A DNA stretch of 64,000 bases from IMG/VR virus record IMGVR_UViG_3300044695_003767. One strand, written 5' to 3'. Below, in pieces: positions 1-8,500 of this stretch. Under the pieces are notes generated by a model. The model ran no database searches, had not been told where the DNA came from, and saw only the letters and a list, made by a program, of their open reading frames with translations. The DNA is from a virus. The stretch's first letter is position 1. Every line of letters begins with the position of its first letter. Both the position numbers and the translations under genes were made by a program.

Positions 1-873
1 AGTGTAATTCAGTGTGATACCACACCTTTCCGTTGCGGTCCACCATCTGTAGTAATTTTTGGTGGTGGTGGATTTGGTGCTGCAGCTAATGCTGTTGTTG
101 ATACAATGGGTCAAATTGTTGGTGTCGATTTAGCATCTCGTGGTTCTGGATATACAACTCCACCTTTTATTAGCATTGTAGATAATTGTCAAAATGGAAG
201 TTATGCATCAGCATATGCGGAAATTAACGATGATGGTGAAGTTTCGGATATTGTTATCGTTAATCCTGGAAATGGTTATTTACCAGAACCCAATGGACTA
301 GATGAGTTTGGTCAACCTATTGATTCTTCTACTAATACTAATTTAAATTCCACACAAAATAATATAATTAATGACTATGTTATTTGTCTCTCTGGATTTA
401 AAGTTCTTTCTACTGGAATAGGTTATAAAGCATCCGATAGTATTAAAATCGCACCAAATATACCAGGACTGAACGCCACTGTAAGACTGACAGAATCTGG
501 TCAAATTTTTGATATTAAACTCACGAATAAAGTATGTGGATTAACTGAAATACCAGAAATACAAATAAATAGTGAAATAGGTGCTGGTTGTGAAATCAAA
601 CCCATATTTGATATTATTAAAGTTAGTGAAACAAATCCTTTAGATTCTAGATCAATAGATGTCAATAATTCTGGACAATCTCAACTTTTAGATAGTCAAC
701 AAGTGGCTGATATTTCTATTGATTCAATCAGTAAAGAAGTTTTAGATTCAAATACACGTAGAGCTTTGGTTCAGGGTGAAATTGCAGATGAAACACAACT
801 TTTTGCAACGATTCGATCTGGGTCTAGAGTAGGAAAAACAAACATTGTAAGAGTTATTGATTGTGTGAGATAA
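1..873 (+). CDS. Baseplate hub/spike gp5-like protein, C-terminal part (5'-truncated by window)
   Basis: Frame is open from base 1 (SVIQCDTTPFRCGPPSVVIFGGGGFGAAANAVVD...). G.GY..PP repeats are typical of cyanophage gp5-locus structural proteins. Confidence 0.6.
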   Translation, partial: SVIQCDTTPFRCGPPSVVIFGGGGFGAAANAVVDTMGQIVGVDLASRGSGYTTPPFISIVDNCQNGSYASAYAEINDDGEVSDIVIVNPGNGYLPEPNGLDEFGQPIDSSTNTNLNSTQNNIINDYVICLSGFKVLSTGIGYKASDSIKIAPNIPGLNATVRLTESGQIFDIKLTNKVCGLTEIPEIQINSEIGAGCEIKPIFDIIKVSETNPLDSRSIDVNNSGQSQLLDSQQVADISIDSISKEVLDSNTRRALVQGEIADETQLFATIRSGSRVGKTNIVRVIDCVR

Positions 874-874
874 A

Positions 875-1465
875 ATGACACTTAAACCAGAACATACGCT
901 AACAGATAATACCTATGGAACCATTTTTATGGGTCCTTCCGGTGACGAGAAGAATAATCCTGGAACACATTATGTGAGATCTTTGGCCAATGGAAACATT
1001 GAAATGCATACAAAACCAGGAAATAAATCTGAAATTATTCAAGGAACAAATCATGAAGTTGTCGTTGGTTCAGTTCCTGGAGATGATCGAAAGAAAAAAG
1101 AAAAAGAAACTGTAGCAAGATCTATTACTGTTAAAGATGGTGATATTGCTATCATTGCAGAAAATGGTAATATTAAATTAAAAGCTAAAAATATTTTTAT
1201 TGAAACTGTTGGTGATGGTAATGATGGATCATTTATGGTAAAGGCAAACGAAGCCATTACAATGGTTGCTGGTGAACAAATGACTTTAGGTGGTGCAAAA
1301 ATTTGTTTGTCAAGTGCAGACTCTATAACATTAAATGGTCAGGGTTTGCTTTACATTTTATGCAAAGATATTAGTGAGGGTTCCCCATTATCTGGATTAT
1401 TAAGTAATTTTGTTCCTGGAGCAGTTTCAAAATTAATCGATGCAATTGCGTTAAGTTGCAAATAA
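875..1465 (+). CDS. gp5 C-terminal beta-helix-like spike protein
   Basis: Short beta-strand repeats (GDIAIIAENGNIKLKAKNIFIE); directly follows the gp5-like gene. Confidence 0.5.
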   Translation: MTLKPEHTLTDNTYGTIFMGPSGDEKNNPGTHYVRSLANGNIEMHTKPGNKSEIIQGTNHEVVVGSVPGDDRKKKEKETVARSITVKDGDIAIIAENGNIKLKAKNIFIETVGDGNDGSFMVKANEAITMVAGEQMTLGGAKICLSSADSITLNGQGLLYILCKDISEGSPLSGLLSNFVPGAVSKLIDAIALSCK

Positions 1466-1474
1466 GGAGAAAAT

Positions 1475-2296
1475 ATGGCATTTACTAAACTTGAGAGTGG
1501 TACTTTAGACGTTTTTAGTCCTTTAGCCGGTGGAGCTCTTCTTTTTCCAAAAGGATTTTGGGAACCTGGAACTGCATCAATACATAAACTACATTGTGGT
1601 CAGGGAGCATCTGCAGTACCATTTTCTGCATCACTGGTTGTAGGACCATCTATAACTTCACCACTTTCAATTAACACTGTTGGAATGGAAGTTCTCACTG
1701 GAGTGAGAAATTTATTTGGTGTTGATACTACAGTTGGGCAAGATATTAGTCTTGGTGCATTGAATGTTGAATGGTCTTCTCTAGGGAATCATTTTACTGG
1801 TGCAGAATTTATAGTAAGTCCACTTGCAGAATCTGTATCTCCACGAATACCTTTAAGTGCTTTAAGTGGTGATTTAAATGGTTTTTGGAAAGTCAATGGT
1901 CTTCCAGTATCTGGAGAACCTGATTTAACATCTGATGTAAGATTGAAGAAAAATATTGAGACCTTTAGTAATGGGCTAGAAATCATTCTTCAGTTAAATC
2001 CCGTTCGATTTGATTGGAGAGAAGATTTATGTCCTGATTCTTTCTTAAATGAATATAGAGAACCAGAAGATGAATATGGTTACCCTGGAGAAATTAAAAG
2101 ACAGTATGGTTTAATTGCACAAGAAGTAGAAACAATTGCACCAGATTTAATTGGTGAAAGAAAAATGTATGATGAAACATACAAGTTGATTAGATATGAA
2201 AAGATTGTTCCGATTTTAATTTCTGCCGTCAAAGATCAACAAGATCAAATAGATGAATTGAAGAGAGAAATACAATCTTTAAAAGAAAATAAATAG
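1475..2296 (+). CDS. Virion spike/fibre protein with C-terminal peptidase S74 intramolecular chaperone
   Basis: SDVRLKKNI...LNPVRFDW...GLIAQEV...YEKIVPILISAVK plus terminal coiled coil; RBS AGGAG. Confidence 0.8.
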   Translation: MAFTKLESGTLDVFSPLAGGALLFPKGFWEPGTASIHKLHCGQGASAVPFSASLVVGPSITSPLSINTVGMEVLTGVRNLFGVDTTVGQDISLGALNVEWSSLGNHFTGAEFIVSPLAESVSPRIPLSALSGDLNGFWKVNGLPVSGEPDLTSDVRLKKNIETFSNGLEIILQLNPVRFDWREDLCPDSFLNEYREPEDEYGYPGEIKRQYGLIAQEVETIAPDLIGERKMYDETYKLIRYEKIVPILISAVKDQQDQIDELKREIQSLKENK

Positions 2297-2315
2297 ACAA
2301 AAAGTGAATTGAAAG

Positions 2316-3962
2316 ATGGATCAAAGTTTAAAAAATAGCATCATTAATATTTTTAAAGAAGAGCAAGATCAAATGGATGGTGCTCTAGATAATAAGAGTG
2401 ACGTAAAAGCACCTGATACAATTACTGAATATACTGTCACACAAAATTCTGATGGTACTTGGTCTAAAAATGAAAGAACAAAAAAACCTGATTTTTATGA
2501 TGGTAGTGTAGATAAGAAAAATAGAGATAAAGTTAAAAAAAAGGCAAAAGACTTACAAGCATTTTGCAGAGAAATTGATAATAAAATTTTAGATTTCAAT
2601 TCTCAAATTGATGCCAAAAAACAACAATTGGTCAGTCTAACAGCACAGGCAAAAACTGCAAATTGTTGGGTAGGTACTGCTCATAGTTTACCTGTTGGTG
2701 GAATATCCAAATATTATGGAACAGATATTGCATTTAATGGTGAAGTTGAAAATATTAAAATTTATCCCAAAATGGCAGGTCCTCAACAGGATAATAATGC
2801 AAAAAATGTATTTGATCCAGATACAATATATACACTAAATGATACTTACTCTGGATATGGTTATAAGAATCTACCAGAGAGAGTAGTTTATGAAAATACA
2901 GACGGTGTTGGAACTGGTTCTAGTATCGATGGTAGTGGTAGTTCTCTAGGTGCTGTAAAGTTCGATATTTCAAAAATACAGTCTGATCACAATGCACGTT
3001 CATTCAGTTCAGTTGGTGTTGGCACTAATGCAATTTGGACTTGGTACTATGACGGAGCAACTTCACCAGCAACTTGTGTTTCTATTGCAAATAGCATAGA
3101 CAGCATTTACGACGAAATTATATCCTTAAGAAAAGAAAGAAATGCTTTAAGACGTGATTTGAACGTAATAAAAGATAAAAAGATGGAAAAAGAACTTGCT
3201 TCTTGGGGACTAAACAGAGTCGCATCGGAAGTAAAGGAAAGAAAGACGGTTCATACATCTGTGATTAATGCAATTAATAGTTTTAATGATGATATTACTG
3301 TCAATGATAAGTCTCTTGTTCTTTATCTTGATGCCGGAGACAATGATTCTTATTCTGGAGTCGGAACTTCTTGGTATGATTTGAATGGTAGTGGTAAAGT
3401 TGCAACTCTTGTCAATGGTCCTACTTATGATTATGCAAATGGTGGATCGATTGTATTTGTTGAAATTCCAAATCTACAGTATGCAACAGTATCTACTTCA
3501 ACAGTTACTGCACATTCTAATAATCCATTTACGTTAGAATCGTGGGCAAAAAATACATTAAGTGGTGATTATAATACTGTTTTAACTGCAGTTGGACCAG
3601 ATAGAGAAATTGGATTTCATAATGGACAATTTCTTTATGGTGGAAATGGTGGTGCTGGAAATACATTAAGATTTGCTGGGACAAATACAATAGGAAATTG
3701 GTATCATTTAGTGATGACTTTTGAAGGTTTAGGAGACAAGATAGCAAAATTTTATGTAAATGGAGTTTTAATTGATGCAAACTCAATTGGTGATAATGGA
3801 GCAACTTCAACTTCTACTATAAGGATTGGTTCTTACTCTACTTCTGGATCTGAATTTTTAACTGGAAATGTTGCAATTGCACGAATTTATAATAAGTGTT
3901 TATCGGCAGCAGAAGTAACACAAAACTTTAATGATACTAAGGGAAGATTTAACATCTCATAA
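2316..3962 (+). CDS. Virion protein with coiled coils and C-terminal LamG/concanavalin-A-like domain
   Basis: LVLYLDAG..SYSG.GTSWYDL...WYHLVMT...FYVNG...IARIYN..LSAAEV.QNFN. Confidence 0.8.
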   Translation: MDQSLKNSIINIFKEEQDQMDGALDNKSDVKAPDTITEYTVTQNSDGTWSKNERTKKPDFYDGSVDKKNRDKVKKKAKDLQAFCREIDNKILDFNSQIDAKKQQLVSLTAQAKTANCWVGTAHSLPVGGISKYYGTDIAFNGEVENIKIYPKMAGPQQDNNAKNVFDPDTIYTLNDTYSGYGYKNLPERVVYENTDGVGTGSSIDGSGSSLGAVKFDISKIQSDHNARSFSSVGVGTNAIWTWYYDGATSPATCVSIANSIDSIYDEIISLRKERNALRRDLNVIKDKKMEKELASWGLNRVASEVKERKTVHTSVINAINSFNDDITVNDKSLVLYLDAGDNDSYSGVGTSWYDLNGSGKVATLVNGPTYDYANGGSIVFVEIPNLQYATVSTSTVTAHSNNPFTLESWAKNTLSGDYNTVLTAVGPDREIGFHNGQFLYGGNGGAGNTLRFAGTNTIGNWYHLVMTFEGLGDKIAKFYVNGVLIDANSIGDNGATSTSTIRIGSYSTSGSEFLTGNVAIARIYNKCLSAAEVTQNFNDTKGRFNIS

Positions 3963-4012
3963 CCAGTTTTCCAACTGGCACACTTGACACCAACCCCCAT
4001 TTACCCTATAAT
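3960..4012 (+). promoter_or_regulatory. Sigma70-type promoter with upstream 22-bp palindrome
   Basis: taaccagt-N6-actggcac, then TTGACA(3984)-17-TATAAT(4007). Confidence 0.8.
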
Positions 4013-4037
4013 ATGGGGGTAATCAACGGAACACCAA

Positions 4038-4238
4038 ATGAGCACCGCACAAGAGACCGTCCAAGGCATTGTGATTGATGTATGCAGCAAGTCTTTTCTT
4101 CTTCTGAGTGATCAGGGAAACACCAAGACTGTACAGTGCGACAATACCGAAGAGTTTATGAACGTGTTGGAAGTTGTTACTGCTCAACTTGATCCTGAGC
4201 AGATTGAGTATGCTGACCTTGCCATTTACGGTGAGTGA
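4038..4238 (+). CDS. Hypothetical protein
   Basis: 66-aa ORF right after the promoter. Confidence 0.7.
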   Translation: MSTAQETVQGIVIDVCSKSFLLLSDQGNTKTVQCDNTEEFMNVLEVVTAQLDPEQIEYADLAIYGE

Positions 4239-4269
4239 TGCTATAATATAAATACCGAAAAAGAAACGA

Positions 4270-4443
4270 ATGGAAGTTTTCACAGTGGAAGAGTTTCAAG
4301 AGAGGTTTGACGAACTCATTGAGAGAGTGGAAAACGGAGAGCAATTAGGTATAATTAATGAGAATGGGCAGGCAGCAGTTATGATGCCTGCAGATGATGA
4401 CTTTGTACGAATACACACTGTGTGTAATAACGAAGCATCATAA
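4270..4443 (+). CDS. Phd/YefM antitoxin-like small protein
   Basis: MEVFTVEEFQERFDELIERVENGEQLGIINENGQAAVMMP matches the Phd pattern; late promoter TATAAATA at 4247. Not in the ORF track. Confidence 0.6.
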   Translation: MEVFTVEEFQERFDELIERVENGEQLGIINENGQAAVMMPADDDFVRIHTVCNNEAS

Positions 4444-4451
4444 ACGCAGAA

Positions 4452-4539
4452 GCGAGTGAGACTTGGTAGTCAGAGGAGTCTTATAAACTCTTTCCGCCAG
4501 ATTAGCGGCTTTGACCTGGTTCGAATCCAGGCACTCGTA
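4452..4539 (+). tRNA. tRNA-Ile(UAU), atypical structure with long variable arm
   Basis: Acceptor GCGAGTG/CACTCGT, anticodon loop CTTATAA, T-arm CCTGG-TTCGAAT-CCAGG; no encoded CCA. Confidence 0.75.
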
Positions 4540-4592
4540 TCACTCTAAACTACATTAGAGTATAAATAAAAGTGTAGAGTGGTCTAACTTCT

Positions 4593-5012
4593 ATGGTAGG
4601 AACTTGTAAAAAATGCGAGAAAACTTTTAAATATTCTCCATCCCAATCAAACGGCATCTATTGTTCCAATAAATGTCAGCAAGAATACCTTTATGAACAA
4701 AATATTACTGATTGGTTGTCCAAAAAAATAACTGGAAAAGTTAGGGATGGAAGGCCAAGTGATTTTGTTAGAAGGTATATGCTTGAAGAAGCAGGACATA
4801 AATGTTCTGAATGTGGTTGGGGAAAAGCAAATCCAGTAAATGGTATTATCTACCTTGAAATAGACCACATAGATGGTTCGAGAGAAAATGGATACAAAGA
4901 AAACTTACGAGTTTTGTGTCCAAACTGTCATACTTTGACTGATACTTATAAAACTTTAAACAAAAAAGTTGGGTATCATAAAAAAAGAAAGCAGTTAAAC
5001 GAGCTGGTTTAG
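4593..5012 (+). CDS. HNH endonuclease (putative homing endonuclease)
   Basis: CxxC...YCSNKC...CSECG...LEIDHIDG...N..ENLRVLCPNCH; late promoter TATAAATA at 4561. Confidence 0.9.
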   Translation: MVGTCKKCEKTFKYSPSQSNGIYCSNKCQQEYLYEQNITDWLSKKITGKVRDGRPSDFVRRYMLEEAGHKCSECGWGKANPVNGIIYLEIDHIDGSRENGYKENLRVLCPNCHTLTDTYKTLNKKVGYHKKRKQLNELV

Positions 5013-5075
5013 CAATCTGGCGAATGCAATCGACTCATAATCGATGGGAGGCGAGTTCGATCCTCGCAACCAGCA
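5003..5075 (+). tRNA. tRNA-Met(CAU), elongator (or Ile2)
   Basis: Acceptor GCTGGTT/AACCAGC, anticodon arm ATCGA-CTCATAA-TCGAT, T-loop TTCGATC. Confidence 0.9.
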
Positions 5076-5076
5076 C

Positions 5077-5105
5077 TTGACCACTACAACTCTATGAGTT
5101 ATAAT
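5077..5105 (+). promoter_or_regulatory. Sigma70-type promoter for tRNA-Leu
   Basis: TTGACC-17-TATAAT. Confidence 0.75.
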
Positions 5106-5117
5106 GGTCTCATACAA

Positions 5118-5200
5118 GCGAGTATGGTGGAATCGGTAGACACACCAGACTTAAAATCTGTTGGGCATTGCTCGTGGGAGTTCAAGTCTCCCTACTCGCA
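5118..5200 (+). tRNA. tRNA-Leu(UAA)
   Basis: Acceptor GCGAGTA/TACTCGC, anticodon arm CAGA-CTTAAAA-TCTG, long variable arm, T-loop TTCAAGT. Confidence 0.95.
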
Positions 5201-5232
5201 CTAAAAATAAATACAAGATATGGGAATTTCCT

Positions 5233-5538
5233 ATGTCTTATCGTATCGATCACGCATACTGCTGGTACAATAATGGCAGTATGATTGTGAAGATGTACTT
5301 TATCAATCATATTCCTTTTACATTTGACGAACTTCCCGATGGACACTTATATGATCTAGATCTTTGTAGATTGGCAGACAAAGAAAGATCTTTTGAGCCA
5401 GAAGACTTGTACAGAAATTCTTTCTATCTGATAGATGAAGAGGTACATCCTTGCTTCTTTCCAGTTGAGTTAGAGAATCCTGAAGATATGCCTGACGATA
5501 TAGAATTTGAATATGATGGGGAAGATTTGACTAACTAA
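5233..5538 (+). CDS. Conserved cyanophage hypothetical protein
   Basis: MSYRIDHAYCWY...; start moved from 5161, which lies inside tRNA-Leu; TAAATA upstream. Confidence 0.75.
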   Translation: MSYRIDHAYCWYNNGSMIVKMYFINHIPFTFDELPDGHLYDLDLCRLADKERSFEPEDLYRNSFYLIDEEVHPCFFPVELENPEDMPDDIEFEYDGEDLTN

Positions 5539-5573
5539 ATAAAACATAGAAATCTTCTGGTTGTTATAATCCG

Positions 5574-8500
5574 ATGCCTCTTAATAAGTTAGATAATTTT
5601 ATCAAGAATACTGAAGGTCGTATTCTTTATGTAAGTCCAAGTGATCTTGATTCAACAGACAGTATTGATAATCAGGGTAATTCTCTTGCCAGACCCTTTA
5701 AAACAGTTCAGAGAGCACTTTTAGAGGCTGCAAGATTTTCATATGTGAAGGGTGATGATAATGATATTACAGAAAAAACAACAATTTTACTTCTTCCTGG
5801 TGAGCACATAATTGATAATAGACCAGGTTTTAGACTTTACAATGATGCAGGGACTGCTAAAGTCGTATCACCAGATTCGAGTATTGGTGTAACAAATCCA
5901 ACTGCAACTGCAGCTTTAAGTTTATCACTTTCTTCTAATTTTGATTTAACTCAACTTGATAATATCCTATACAAGTTTAATAGTATTTACGGTGGTGTTA
6001 TCGTACCTAGAGGTGTATCGATAGTTGGTTTAGACCTTAGAAAGACAAAGATTCGTCCTAAGTATGTACCAAACCCAACAGACTCATCAGCATCTAAAAC
6101 TGCTATTTTTAGACTCACCGGTGCTTGTTACTTATGGCAGTTTTCTTTCTTTGATGCTAGAGAAAGTGAATTAGCATATACAAATCCAACAGATTTTACT
6201 GATACAGCAAAACCAACATTTTCCCACCACAAAGTAACGTGTTTTGAATATTGTGATGGTGTAAACAAATATGCTAATACTGGTCTTACAGACCTTGATA
6301 TGTATTATGCAAAATTATCTCACGCATATGGCACTAGTGCTGGTACGAGAGAAATTGATCAAAAATATCCAACTGATGCTGGTGGGTTTGCAAAACAACG
6401 TCCAGAATGGGAAATTGTTGGTGCTTTTGATAGTGATGTAATTCCTGTTTCTGCAATTAGTATTAGCTCTTCTGGTAGCAATTTAGTTACAGTCACAACA
6501 TCAGTTCCTCACGAATTTAATGAAGGAACTCCAATCAAGGTTAGAAATGTAATTCCAGTAGATTACAATATTTCCACAAAAGTTCAAACAGTTTTAAGTG
6601 ATACTAAATTTACTTATTTGATTCCTAATGCAAGACGAGATCTTGACTTAAATGGCAATGCTTCTTCTGCAACTGTAGTTATTGAAACTGATACTGTTTC
6701 TGGTGCTTCTCCTTATATCTTCAACATCTCTATGCGTTCTGTATGGGGTATGAACGGAATGCACGCTGATGGTGCAAAGGCTTCTGGTTTCCGTTCAATG
6801 GTTGTTGCCCAATTTACGGGTGTTTCTCTGCAAAAAGATGATCGTGCTTTTGTAAAATACTTCCAAGATTCTAGAAAGTATATTGGAATTGATGTAACTA
6901 AAGTAACAGGATCGGAATTATCTGGTCGATCTTCATCTACAGATCCTGGGACTGCATTCCACCTAGATCCTGCAGCAATTTACCGAAATGGTTGGGAGTC
7001 TTCTCACATTAAGGCATCGAATGATTCATTTATTCAGGTCGTATCTGTATTCGCAATTGGATTTACTAAACATTTTGATGGAGAATCTGGTGCAGACTAC
7101 AGTATTACAAACTCTAACTCTAACTTTGGACAAATTTCTCTAAATGGTGATGGTTTTAAAGCAGAAGCATTTGATAAAGATAATAATTTATTCCTGACAA
7201 ATATTGTTACACCCAAATCTATTGTAGGAACGCCAAAAACCGTTGACTGGATTTCACTTGATGTTGGAGTTACAACTACTGTCGGTGTATCAACTCGACT
7301 CTATCTGTTTGGATTTAAATCTCAAGATGATATTCCACCAGTTTTAACTCAAGGATATCGCATTGGTGGCGCAGTAAATGATAAGTTGTATGTGACAATA
7401 AACAATGTCGAATATTCGGCAGACATTGTGATGTCTGATGGAGTGACTAGTAGTGTAAAAGATTACACAGTATCAACTGTCAATAATAATAGATTTACAC
7501 TAAGTAGTGCTCATACTCTAGAGAATACAGAAAAAGTTACATTACAGAGTTTAAGTGGAGATCTTCCTGAAAATATTACCGAGCACACTGTTTATTATGC
7601 AATTACTTCTAGCATTAATGCTACTCGAACAGATGGTATAACGTTATCATCAACTCAGATTCAACTTGCAACTTCTCAGGCAGATGCAAGTCTTGGTATT
7701 CCCGTTACAATTTATGGTGGTAAAGATCTTAAACTTTTAAGTAGAGTTCACGATAAACAAGCTGGAGATATTGGGCATTCTGTTCAGTTTGATTCTACGA
7801 ATAAGCAATGGTTTATTACTGTAAAATCAACAAACAATACAATCTATAGTCAACTTGCTGCTTTAGGTGTCGGTGGATATCAAGCTAGAACTGATCCATC
7901 GTATATTAAGAGGATTCCAGATACAAGAAGTTTGGATGAAAAATTATATAAACTTAGAGTTGTCATTCCAAAAGAACTTTTGGGTGCAAAAGCTCCAGAA
8001 CCTGGATTTATTATTCAAGAGAGTAGTACAACTGGTGCAAGAAATGATTCCGATTTCCTTCTTCCAACTACCAGGAATCTAAATTATTTTGACTACAATT
8101 ATAGTAAAAATCCAAGATTAATTGCAAGTTGCTCAAGATCTACTGCAGTTAATGGAGTTTATACTGTAACAGTTGTAAGTGAAACCCCTCACGATCTCCA
8201 AGTTGGCAATAGCATTAAAATTTATAATGTAAAAGATTCTACTCTTAATCCATTTGGTGAATATGGATATGGGTATAATGGAAAGTTTTCCGTAAAATCT
8301 GTAGTAAACGATATGGCGTTTACTTATGATATTGTATCTGGAGTATCAACAAACGCAACATTCCCAACTACAAGAGGAACTTCTTGGCCAAGATTTGAGA
8401 AAAATGATGTAAAAAATAACTTTGTTGTTTATCGCAGTGTTGTTATTTCTGAATATGCGGAAGGTCAAAGAGATGGTGTTTATCATCTGTTTGTTATAAA

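Noticed and set aside
4593-5012. Group I intron in a tRNA gene
   Set aside because: The flanking tRNAs are each intact and no intron core is evident; the HNH gene is free-standing.
5161-5232. N-terminal extension of ORF 5161-5538
   Set aside because: Overlaps tRNA-Leu; ATG 5233 after TAAATA is the plausible start.
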